64,000 nt of DNA from the NCBI GenBank assembly GCA_023511835.1, contig JAIMAT010000005.1, positions 2,049 to 66,048 on the forward strand. Direction: 5' to 3'. Shown piece after piece: positions 47,997 to 56,379 of the stretch. The position numbers were made by a program, and so were the translations under genes. The notes below the pieces were generated by a model. It was not told the origin of the DNA. It saw only the letters and a list, made by a program, of their open reading frames with translations, and ran no database searches. The stretch's first letter is position 1, and each line of letters starts with the position of its first letter. The DNA is from Bacillota bacterium (GTDB lineage Bacteria > Bacillota > Sulfobacillia > JAIMAT01).

Positions 47997-48862
47997 TGCG
48001 GCTGGCGGTGGTGGGCGACCCGGTGGCCCACTCGCTCTCTCCGGCCATGCAGGAGGCGGGCCTGCGCGCCGCCGGCCTGGGCGGGCGTTACCTGGCGCTG
48101 CGCGTCGAGCGCGGGCGCCTGGCGGAGCGCGCAGCCGAGCTGGAGGCGGAGGGCTTCCTGGGACTGAACGTCACCATGCCGCTGAAGGAGGAGGCGCTGG
48201 CCCTGGCCCGGCGGCGGTCGCGCCGCGCGCTCCGGGCGGGCGCCGCCAACACCCTGGTACGCCTTCCGGAGGGGGGCTGGGCGGCGGAGAACACCGACGT
48301 GGAGGCGGTGGCGGGGGCGCTCGCCGAGCGCGGCTGGCGGCCGGGACCGGCGCTGGTGCTGGGCGCCGGCGGCGCGGCGGGGGCGGCGGCGGTGGCGCTG
48401 GGCGAGCTGGGCGCGCCGCGGGTGCGGCTCCTCAACCACCACGCCGGCCGGGCCGAGCGGCTGGCCGCGCGGATGCGCGCCCACTTCCCGGCCACCCGCT
48501 GGGAGGCGGCCTCCTGGTCGGAGGCCGGTGGCGTCGGGCAGGCCGGGGCTCCGGAGGGGTGGAGCCTCCTCGTGCAGGCGACGCCGCTGGCCATGGAGGG
48601 CGTCGGGGCCGGCTACCCGCTTCCGCCGGAGGAGCTGGCGGCCGCGCTGGCCCCGGGGGGATGGGTGGTGGAGCTGGTCTACCGGCCGCCGCGCACGCCG
48701 CTCCTGGAGGCGGCCTCGGCAAGGGGCCTGGGCGTGGTCGACGGGGTCGAGCTGCTGCTCCGACAGGGCGCCGCCTCCTTCGAGCTCTGGACGGGGCGGG
48801 AGGCGCCGCGGGAGGCGATGCGCCGGGCGCTGGAGGAGGTGCTGGGTTGCTCCGCTGGCTGA
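47996..48862 (+). CDS. aroE: Shikimate dehydrogenase
   Basis: GDPVAHSLSP.M, G.NVTMPLK, AANT, NTD, GAGGAA, ELVYRP..T, GVELLLRQGA..F..W. Confidence 0.92.
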   Translation: MRLAVVGDPVAHSLSPAMQEAGLRAAGLGGRYLALRVERGRLAERAAELEAEGFLGLNVTMPLKEEALALARRRSRRALRAGAANTLVRLPEGGWAAENTDVEAVAGALAERGWRPGPALVLGAGGAAGAAAVALGELGAPRVRLLNHHAGRAERLAARMRAHFPATRWEAASWSEAGGVGQAGAPEGWSLLVQATPLAMEGVGAGYPLPPEELAAALAPGGWVVELVYRPPRTPLLEAASARGLGVVDGVELLLRQGAASFELWTGREAPREAMRRALEEVLGCSAG

Positions 48863-50106
48863 CGGGGGGCGAGTCGCACGGCCCCGGGCTGACGGTCGTG
48901 GTGGACGGGCTGCCGGCGGGCGTCCCGCTGGACGGGGAGCGGGTGGCGGCCGAGCTGGCGCGCCGCCAGCAGGGCTACGGCCGCGGCGGGCGGATGCGCA
49001 TCGAGCGGGATCGGGCTCGCTTCCTGGGCGGGGTGCGGCACGGGCGCAGCACCGGGGCGCCGGTGGTCCTCTGGATCGAGAACCGCGACTGGGCCAACTG
49101 GCAGGAAGTCCTCTCCCCCGACCTGCCCTCCCCCGGCGCGGAGGCGGAGGGGGCGGGGGAGGCTCCGCGGGAGAGCCCCACGGCGGCGGAGCGGCGCCGG
49201 GCGCCGGTGGAGCGGCCGCGCCCGGGCCATGCCGACCTGGCCGGCGCCCTCAAGTACGGCCACCGCGACATGCGGGACGTGCTGGAGCGCGCCAGCGCCC
49301 GCGAGACGGCGGCGCGGACGGCGGCGGGGGCGGTGGCCAAGCGCCTCCTCGCCGAGCTGGGGGTGGAGGTGGGCAGCTTCGTCGAGCGCATCGGGCCGGC
49401 CACCTGGCGCAGGGAGCCCGCCTATCCGGCCGATCCGGACGCGTGGCGGGCCTGGGCGGCGGCGGCCGAGCGCTCGCCCGTCCGCTGCCCGGAGCCGCAG
49501 GCGGAGGCGGCCATGATGGAGGTCATCGAGCAGGCGCTGCGCGAGGGCGACACGGTGGGCGGCCGCTTCCTCGCCTTCGCCGTGGGCCTCCCCGCGGGCC
49601 TGGGCAGCTACGCCCAGTGGGACCGGCGCCTGGACGGCCGCATCGCCCAGGCCGTGGTCTCCATCCCCGGCGTCAAGGCGGTGGCCATCGGCGCCGGCGA
49701 GGAGATGGCGGAGGAGCCGGGTTCGTGCGTCCACGACCCGCTCCTGCCCGATCCCTCCGGTCCGCGGCCGGGGCGCTTCGTCCGTCCCAGCGACCGGGCG
49801 GGCGGGCTGGAGGGCGGCGTCACGAACGGCGAGCCGCTCCTGGTGAGCGGGGTGATGAAGCCGCTGGCCACGCTCCGCCGCGGCCTCCCCTCGGTCCACA
49901 TGCCCAGCGGGCAGCCGGCCGAGGCGACCTACGAGCGCTCCGACGTCTGCGTGGTGCCGGCGGCGGGGGTGGTGGCCGAGGCCATGCTGGCGCTGGTCCT
50001 GGCGGACGCGCTGCTGGAGGCGGTGGGTGGCGACAGCCTGGAGGAGGTGCGCCGCCACGTGGAGGAGCGGCGCCGCGCCCGGGAGGCCGGCTGGCCGTGG
50101 GGCTGA
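48847..50106 (+). CDS. aroC: Chorismate synthase
   Basis: LRWLTGGESHG, RRQQGYGRGGRM.IE, RPGHAD, LERASARETA, GGLEGG.TNG, MKP..TL, RSDVC.VP. Confidence 0.95.
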   Translation: MLRWLTGGESHGPGLTVVVDGLPAGVPLDGERVAAELARRQQGYGRGGRMRIERDRARFLGGVRHGRSTGAPVVLWIENRDWANWQEVLSPDLPSPGAEAEGAGEAPRESPTAAERRRAPVERPRPGHADLAGALKYGHRDMRDVLERASARETAARTAAGAVAKRLLAELGVEVGSFVERIGPATWRREPAYPADPDAWRAWAAAAERSPVRCPEPQAEAAMMEVIEQALREGDTVGGRFLAFAVGLPAGLGSYAQWDRRLDGRIAQAVVSIPGVKAVAIGAGEEMAEEPGSCVHDPLLPDPSGPRPGRFVRPSDRAGGLEGGVTNGEPLLVSGVMKPLATLRRGLPSVHMPSGQPAEATYERSDVCVVPAAGVVAEAMLALVLADALLEAVGGDSLEEVRRHVEERRRAREAGWPWG

Positions 50107-51767
50107 GCGCAGCCGGCGGGGTTCGGCTGGCGCTGGTCGGCCTGAGCGGCAGCGGCAAGGGGAGCGTGGGCCGGCTCCTGGCGCGGAGGCTGGACGTGGC
50201 CTGCCTCGACCTGGACCGTCTGGTGGAGCTGGAGGCGGGTGCGCCCGTCCGCCACATCTGGGCGGAGGAGGGGGAGCAAGGCTTCCGGCGCCGCGAGGCG
50301 GCGGCGCTGGAGCGGGCTCTGGAGCTGGGCGAGGCCGTGCTGGCCACCGGCGGCGGCACGCCCCTCCTGCCCGGCGCCATGGACAGGCTCGTGGCCTGGG
50401 GCCGGGTGGTCTGGCTGGACGCGCCGCCCGAGGTGCTGGCCGCCCGGCTGGGGGAGGAGGAAGTGGCCGGGCGGCCGCTCTTCGCCGGCCGCCTGCCGGC
50501 GGAGGTGCTGCGCGCGCAGCTGGCCGCCCGGCGCGCCGTCTACGCGCGGGCGCTCCGCATCGACGCCGCGGCCGCCCCGGCCGAAGTGGCGGAGCGCGTC
50601 CTGGCCGCCGCCGGCCTTCGCCCGGCGGAGCGGCCGTCCGCCGTGCGCCGGCTCTCCGTGGGCGGCGCCTACGAAGTGGAGGTGAGCGACGCGGCGCCCG
50701 AGCGGCTGGCCGACTGGCTGGCCGGGGCGGGGGCGGAGCGGCTGGTGCTGCTGGCGGAGCCGCTGGCGGGGGCGCTGGCCGGCGGGGAGATCCTGGAGGC
50801 CTGCCGCGCCCGGGGGCTCCAGGCGGAGCTCCTCCTCTTCCCCGGCGGCGAGGAAGCCAAGCGCCTCGTGACGGTGGAGCGCCTCTACCACGAGCTGGTG
50901 CGGCGGGGCGTGGAGCGGACCACCTGGCTGCTGGCCGTGGGCGGCGGGGTGACCACCGACCTGGGCGGCTTCGTCGCCGCCACCTTCCTGCGCGGCCTGC
51001 CCTGGGTGGCCGTGCCCACCACGCTCCTCGCCCAGGTGGACGCCGCCATCGGCGGCAAGACCGGCGTCGACCTGGAGGAGGGGAAGAACCTGGTGGGCGC
51101 CTTCTACCCGCCGCGCCGGGTCGTCGCCGACGTGCGCTGGCTGCGCGCCCTGCCGCGACAGCTCCTCCTGGAGGGGATGGGCGAGGTGGTCAAGGCGGCG
51201 CTCCTGGCCGGCGAGCCCTTCTGGAGCTGGCTGGAGGAGGCGAGGCCGGCGCTGCTCGCCCGCGAGCCGGAGGCGCTGGCCGAGGCGGTGGCGCGCGCGG
51301 CCGCCGTCAAGGCCGAGGTGGTGGCCGCCGACGAGCGCGAGGCAGGGCGGCGCGAGCTGCTCAACCTGGGGCACACCTTCGCCCACGCGCTGGAGTGGGC
51401 CAGCGGCTACCGGCTCCGCCACGGCGAGGCGGTGGCCACGGGACTCTTTCTGGCCGCCCGGCGGGCGGAGGCGGAGGGGCTCCTGCCGGCGGCGGAGCGG
51501 CGCCGCATCGAGGCGCTGCTGGAGGCGTACGGGATCGGGAGGAGCGCCGCGCTGCCGCGCGGGGAGGCTTCCTCGCCCGACCGGCTGGCGGCGGCGCTGG
51601 CCGTCGACAAGAAGCGCCGCCATGGCCGGCTCCGCCTGGTGCTGCCGCGGGCGGTGGGCGACGTGGTCGCTGGCTGGCCGGCCGAGACGGAGGAGCTGGC
51701 CCGCTGGCTCGCCTCCGCGCTGGAGCGGTTATCCTGGGAAGGAGAGAAGCCCACGGGAAGAGGGTGA
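50097..51767 (+). CDS. aroKB: Fused shikimate kinase / 3-dehydroquinate synthase (AroK-AroB)
   Basis: GLSGSGKGSVG, GE.GFR.RE, ATGGG, RP; then GEEAK, GGGVTTDLGGF, PTTLLAQVDAAIGGKTG, LNLGHTFAHALE, HGEAVA. Confidence 0.92.
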   Translation: MGLSAAGGVRLALVGLSGSGKGSVGRLLARRLDVACLDLDRLVELEAGAPVRHIWAEEGEQGFRRREAAALERALELGEAVLATGGGTPLLPGAMDRLVAWGRVVWLDAPPEVLAARLGEEEVAGRPLFAGRLPAEVLRAQLAARRAVYARALRIDAAAAPAEVAERVLAAAGLRPAERPSAVRRLSVGGAYEVEVSDAAPERLADWLAGAGAERLVLLAEPLAGALAGGEILEACRARGLQAELLLFPGGEEAKRLVTVERLYHELVRRGVERTTWLLAVGGGVTTDLGGFVAATFLRGLPWVAVPTTLLAQVDAAIGGKTGVDLEEGKNLVGAFYPPRRVVADVRWLRALPRQLLLEGMGEVVKAALLAGEPFWSWLEEARPALLAREPEALAEAVARAAAVKAEVVAADEREAGRRELLNLGHTFAHALEWASGYRLRHGEAVATGLFLAARRAEAEGLLPAAERRRIEALLEAYGIGRSAALPRGEASSPDRLAAALAVDKKRRHGRLRLVLPRAVGDVVAGWPAETEELARWLASALERLSWEGEKPTGRG

Positions 51768-51771
51768 CCCC

Positions 51772-52560
51772 TTGCGACTCTTCGCCGCCGCCATGCCGGA
51801 CCTCGGGCGGCTGCCGGCTCAGCTCCCCGAGGGGGCGCTGGTGGTGGTCGCGCCCTCCGGCGAGGCCTGGGAGGAGCAGCTCGGCCGGGCCGGCGAGCTG
51901 GCCCGCTCGCGCGCGCTCTGGGTGGTGGTGGCCGGCCCGCGTCGGGAGGGGGAGGGGTGGCGCCTCTCCGCCGCCTGCCTCTCGCCCGAGGGCCGCCCGG
52001 TGGCCGTGCAGGACGAGCTCTTCCCGCCGCAGGGCTGGCGCGCGGGCGGGCGCCTGGAGCTCTTCGAGCTGGCGGGCTGGCCGGCGGCGCTGCTGGTGGG
52101 CGAGGACGTCCTCTGGCCGGAGGTGGCCCGACTGGCGACGCTGGAGGGTGCGCGCCTGCTGGCGGTCCCCAGCCTCTACCCGCCGGAGGAGGCGGGGGGC
52201 GCGCCGACGGGGCCCTGGCGCCAGCTGGCGGGCGGCTGGCAGGAAGTCCAGCAGAACCAGGTCTTCGCTGTCGAGAGCCCGCTGGACGGCGAGCTGGCGG
52301 GACGGCGCTCGCACGGCCGCGCCGCCGTCTGGGCCCCTTGCGAGATCACGCCCGACTCCCGCGGCTGGCTGGACTGGGCCGAGAAGCCCGGCGAGGCGGC
52401 TGCGGCATGGCTGGAGGAGGAGGCGCTCGAGGGGATCCGCGACGCCTACCCGCTGGAACGTTTCCTCAACCCGGCGCTCTACCGGCGGCGGCTGGCGGAG
52501 GCCTACGAGCGGTTGGCGGGCGAGGCGGGCGCGGGTGCGGCGGGAGGCGGGGAGCGATGA
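51772..52560 (+). CDS. Carbon-nitrogen hydrolase (nitrilase) fold protein lacking the catalytic triad
   Basis: Fold pattern recognisable (LLVGED.LWPEVARLATLEGARLL.VP, QQNQVF.V, G.AAVWAPCE), but Gly replaces the nucleophilic Cys and the Glu/Lys are not seen. Confidence 0.7.
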   Translation: MRLFAAAMPDLGRLPAQLPEGALVVVAPSGEAWEEQLGRAGELARSRALWVVVAGPRREGEGWRLSAACLSPEGRPVAVQDELFPPQGWRAGGRLELFELAGWPAALLVGEDVLWPEVARLATLEGARLLAVPSLYPPEEAGGAPTGPWRQLAGGWQEVQQNQVFAVESPLDGELAGRRSHGRAAVWAPCEITPDSRGWLDWAEKPGEAAAAWLEEEALEGIRDAYPLERFLNPALYRRRLAEAYERLAGEAGAGAAGGGER

Positions 52561-53720
52561 GCGGAGCAGAGGCGGAACGGGAGGGCGGGGAGCTGCTGCC
52601 GCTGCCCGGGGATGCACGGCTCTTCCGCCTGGCACCCGGCGTGGCCGAGGCGGCGCTGGCGGAGGCCGGCTTCGGCGCCGCCAGGGCGGCGGACGTGGAG
52701 GCGGCGGGCGCCGGGCAGGGCGGCGGGGCTCGGGACCGGGGAGCGCGACGGGGTCGCCTGCGGGCGGCGGCGGTGCAGATGGAGCTGCGCCTCCACCGGC
52801 GGGCTGCCGGCTGGGCGCGCCAGGTGCGCGAGCTCGGACTGCGGGCGGCGGAGCGACTGGAGGCGCTGGCGGGGGGCGCGGGCGGAGCCGCCCCGACGCT
52901 CATCGCCTTCCCCGAGGACGTGGCCACGGGGCTGGTCGGCCTCCTTCCCGGTTTCGACGAGCTGGCCAGCCGGGCGGCGGCGGCGCTCGAGGGCGGCGGC
53001 GCCGCCGAGGGGGCGCCGCGCGTCGCCGACGTCTTCGCCGCCGTCGGGCCGGCGGCGGAGGAGCTCTACCGGGCCGTCTTCGCCGCCCTGGCGCGCGAGA
53101 CGGGCGCCTGGGTGGCGGCGGGCAGCGCCAACCTGCCCGCGCCCGACGGCTGCGTCTACAACGTCGCCCACCTTTTCGCCCCGGACGGCCGCCTCGTGGG
53201 GCGGCAAGCCAAGAGCCACCTCCTGCCGCTGGAGGCCGCCTGGGGCCTGATGCCGGGACGGGAGCTGGAGGTCTGGGAGCTGCCCTGGGGACGGCTGGCC
53301 CAGCCGGTCTGCATGGACGCCACCTACTTCGAGACCTTCCGCATCGCCCGCGGCCTGGGCGCCGACGTGGTCGTCATCCCCAGCGCCAATCCCGAACGGC
53401 CGTACAACGAGTGGACGGCTACCAGGGGGATCTGGCCGCGGGTGCAGGAGAGCCAGGTCTACGGAATCCAGGCCTCGCTGGTGGGCGACTTCCTGGGCGT
53501 GGGGCTGAGCGGCAAGAGCGGCCTCTTCGCGCCGCTGGCGCTCTCGCCGCGGGGCGACGGCGTACTGGCGCGGTTGGAGGACCCCTACGGCGAGGGGGTG
53601 GCGGCGGCGGTGTTCGACCTGGAGGCGCTGGACGAGTTCCGCGCGCGCCACCCGCTGGCCGGGCGGCTCAACCGCCCCGTGCTGGAGCGGCTCCTGGAGG
53701 CGTACAGCCGGCTTGGCTGA
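52557..53720 (+). CDS. Carbon-nitrogen hydrolase (nitrilase/amidase) family protein with intact E-K-C triad
   Basis: IAFPED, YNVAHLF.PDG, QAKSHL, PVCMDATYFE, IPSAN. Confidence 0.85.
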   Translation: MSGAEAEREGGELLPLPGDARLFRLAPGVAEAALAEAGFGAARAADVEAAGAGQGGGARDRGARRGRLRAAAVQMELRLHRRAAGWARQVRELGLRAAERLEALAGGAGGAAPTLIAFPEDVATGLVGLLPGFDELASRAAAALEGGGAAEGAPRVADVFAAVGPAAEELYRAVFAALARETGAWVAAGSANLPAPDGCVYNVAHLFAPDGRLVGRQAKSHLLPLEAAWGLMPGRELEVWELPWGRLAQPVCMDATYFETFRIARGLGADVVVIPSANPERPYNEWTATRGIWPRVQESQVYGIQASLVGDFLGVGLSGKSGLFAPLALSPRGDGVLARLEDPYGEGVAAAVFDLEALDEFRARHPLAGRLNRPVLERLLEAYSRLG

Positions 53721-55170
53721 GCGGTTCGACGGGGAGGCTGCCCGGGCCCCCGGGGAGGCCGAGGGGATGGAGGCTCGGCGTCGGCTGGCCGCCCTCCTCG
53801 AGAAGGCTCCGCGCTTCGCACCCGTCCCCGGCCTGGAGAGCATGAGTCGCCTGGCGGCGGCGTTGGGCCGTCCCGAGCGCCGGCTCCGGGTCATCCACCT
53901 GGCCGGCACCAACGGCAAGGGTTCCACCGCCGCCATGCTGGCCTCCATCCTGGCGGCGGCGGGCCGCCGCGTGGCGCTCTTCACCTCGCCCCACCTGGTG
54001 GCGTGGGAGGAGCGCCTCCGCCTGGACGGCCAGCCGGTCGGCCCCGGCGAGCTGCTCCAGGCGCTGGAGCGGGTGCTGGCGGCGGACGCGGCGACCGCGG
54101 CCGCGGGCGAGAGCCCCCTCCTCCAGTCCGAGCTCCTGACGGCAGCCGCCTGGTGGCTGGCGGAGCGCCGGGGCGCCGACTGGCTGGTGCAGGAGACGGG
54201 GCTGGGCGGCCGCTACGACCCCACCAACGCGGTCGAGGCGCCGAGGGCCGTGGTCTGGACGCCCGTCCACCTCGACCATACCCGCCTCCTGGGCCGCTCC
54301 ATCGCGCGCATCGCCGCCGACAAGGCCGGCATCGCCAAGGCCGGTGCCGTGGCGGTCAGCGCCCGCCAGAAGCCGGCGGCGCGGGCGGCGCTGGAGGCGG
54401 CGACGGCCGTCGTCGGCGGGCGGCTGCGCCTGCTGGGAAGGGACTTCCGCCTCGGGCGGGTGCGGCTCCTGGACGGCCTCGCGCCCGGCGACCGCCTGGG
54501 CGGCGTCGCCTTCGACTACCGCGGACCCTCCTGGCGGCTGGAAGAGCTCCGCCTCCCGCTGCCCGGCTTCCATCAGGCGGAGAACGCGGCGGTGGCTGTG
54601 GCGGTGGCCGAGGCGCTGGCGGAGCAGGGTGACGGCCCGGGACCGGAGGCGGTCCGCGCCGGGCTGGCCCGGGTCCGCTGGCCCGGCCGCCTCCAGCTTT
54701 GGCGCGAAGGTGGCCGCCTCTGGATCCTGGACGGGGCGCACAACCCGCACGCCGCGCGGGCGCTGGCCGGCTGGCTGGAGGCCGCCGGCGGCGTGGCCTG
54801 GACGGTCCTGGCGGTAGGACGCGAGAAGGCCGCAGGCGGACTGGTGGCAGCCCTGGCGCCGGCGGGCGGCCGGCTCCTGCCGGTGACGGCGCTGGAGGAC
54901 GGCTTCCCGCTTCAGCCGGCCGCGCGGCTGGCGCGCCTCTGGCGGATGGCGGGCGGAGAGGCGGCGCTGGAGCCGGCCGCCTCGCCCGCCGAGGCTTTCG
55001 CGCGCCTCCGCGCCCTGGCCTCGCCGGGCGAGCGGCTCCTGGTCACCGGTTCACTCCACCTGGTCGGCGCCTGGTTGCGGCTCCTCCGCCCCGCCGGCGC
55101 GAGCGGCCCGCTCGGCCTCGGGGCCGCGGCGCTCGACGATGCGGCTCAGCTCCATGTCGCCCAGCCGTAG
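53713..55170 (+). CDS. folC: Folylpolyglutamate/dihydrofolate synthase
   Basis: IHLAGTNGKGST, FTSPHL, ER, E.GLGGR.DPTN, LDH..LLG, IA.DKAGI, HQAENA, WPGR, LDGAHNP, VTGSLHLVG. Confidence 0.9.
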   Translation: MAERFDGEAARAPGEAEGMEARRRLAALLEKAPRFAPVPGLESMSRLAAALGRPERRLRVIHLAGTNGKGSTAAMLASILAAAGRRVALFTSPHLVAWEERLRLDGQPVGPGELLQALERVLAADAATAAAGESPLLQSELLTAAAWWLAERRGADWLVQETGLGGRYDPTNAVEAPRAVVWTPVHLDHTRLLGRSIARIAADKAGIAKAGAVAVSARQKPAARAALEAATAVVGGRLRLLGRDFRLGRVRLLDGLAPGDRLGGVAFDYRGPSWRLEELRLPLPGFHQAENAAVAVAVAEALAEQGDGPGPEAVRAGLARVRWPGRLQLWREGGRLWILDGAHNPHAARALAGWLEAAGGVAWTVLAVGREKAAGGLVAALAPAGGRLLPVTALEDGFPLQPAARLARLWRMAGGEAALEPAASPAEAFARLRALASPGERLLVTGSLHLVGAWLRLLRPAGASGPLGLGAAALDDAAQLHVAQP

Positions 55171-55260
55171 GCGGAAGCCCTTCCGCTCGCTGAGCGGGTT
55201 GTAGAGGCGCTCCCCGCGCGCCTCGTGCGGGCTCTTTCTCCCGTCATCCCTTGGCTCCAT
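55051..55260 (-). CDS. Small hypothetical protein (69 aa), convergent with and overlapping folC
   Basis: GGGAGG RBS 10 nt before ATG 55260; high GC3 through LYNPLSERKGFRLRLGDMELSRIVERRG. Confidence 0.4.
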   Translation of the reverse strand: MEPRDDGRKSPHEARGERLYNPLSERKGFRLRLGDMELSRIVERRGPEAERAARAGGAEEPQPGADQVE

Positions 55261-55413
55261 GCCGGCCAAGCCTCCCGTCGCGCCTCTAGTCTTGGGGCGC
55301 GGCCTCCGGCTTCATGCGGGCGGGGGCTGGAGATGGCTGCCGGCGCTGCCAGGCGTGCCTCCTCGATGGCGCGAAAAGCTGACTTATAATTGCGCCAGCA
55401 GGGAGGTGGCCGC

Positions 55414-56226
55414 ATGCCGTGGTTGTTCGTCACGTTCACGGCGGTGCTCCTCTTGCTCCTCCTGCTGGCCGACCACGTCAAGAACCGCTTCCGGCACACG
55501 CCCTCCAGCCGGCGCACCCTGGCGGCGGAAGGCGCGGCCGTGGCCGTCGCCGGCGCTCTCGCCGCCTGGCGGCTCCTCCCCCACGCGCCCGCCTGGCAGC
55601 TGGTTGCGCTGGCGCTGGTGCTGGCCGTGCCGGGCTACGTGCTGACCGCCTACGTCACGGTCGAGGTCTGGCGACATCGGAAACAGGGCAGCTTTGACCG
55701 CCACATCCGCCGCCTGCAGCGCGAGATCGACCGGCTGGAGGAGGAGGTCGAGCGGCTCACCTGGCAGCTGGCCGAGCTGCAGCGGCGCCGCCAGCGCCTG
55801 CGCGACGAGGAGACGCAGGCCGCGGTGCGCGAGCAGATGCTGCGCGACCAGGTGGAGGCCTGGGTGGCGGCCCGCGACTCGGGCGCGCGCAGCTCGGCCG
55901 TCCTGGAGTGGGAGATCGCCTACCGGGCCATGAGCCCGGCGGAGCGGGCGGCGGAGCGCGAGCGGGTCCAGCAGGCGCTGCGCGGCGCCCGCGACGGCGA
56001 CGAGCGGGGCGAATGGGGCGCGCGGCTTAACCTGCTCGCCCTGGCCGAGCTGCTTGCGCCCGGAGCGGAGGGAGCCTCCGGCCTCCAGGGCGTGGAGCAG
56101 GAGATCCACCTCTGCCGCGACGCACGCGAGAATGCCCAGCGGCGCCTGGAACAGCTGGAGGGCGAGTTGCGCGGCTGGCTCGAGCGACGCCACGCCTTCC
56201 TGCGCGAGAAGATCCCCCTGGACTAG
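55414..56226 (+). CDS. Hypothetical membrane protein (3 TM) with a long C-terminal coiled coil
   Basis: TATAAT at 55385, GGGAGG RBS, hydrophobic N-terminus, heptad-rich IRRLQREIDRLEEEVERL... segment. Confidence 0.75.
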   Translation: MPWLFVTFTAVLLLLLLLADHVKNRFRHTPSSRRTLAAEGAAVAVAGALAAWRLLPHAPAWQLVALALVLAVPGYVLTAYVTVEVWRHRKQGSFDRHIRRLQREIDRLEEEVERLTWQLAELQRRRQRLRDEETQAAVREQMLRDQVEAWVAARDSGARSSAVLEWEIAYRAMSPAERAAERERVQQALRGARDGDERGEWGARLNLLALAELLAPGAEGASGLQGVEQEIHLCRDARENAQRRLEQLEGELRGWLERRHAFLREKIPLD

Positions 56227-56318
56227 AGCCCGGTGCGGCCCTGCCGCCCGGCCGGAGCGACCGGGAGCGCGGCACGCCGGCGCAGCCGGGAAGAGGTCGG
56301 GTCATACGGCCTGGAAAG

Positions 56319-56347
56319 AAAACCCCGCCCTCCCTGGGCGGGGTTTT
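56319..56347. terminator. Bidirectional intrinsic terminator between convergent genes
   Basis: AAAACCCCGCCC-TCCCT-GGGCGGGGTTTT, with A/T tracts on both sides. Confidence 0.85.
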
Positions 56348-56379
56348 CGCCTTCCGGCGCGGCGCGGACGTCGGGACGC

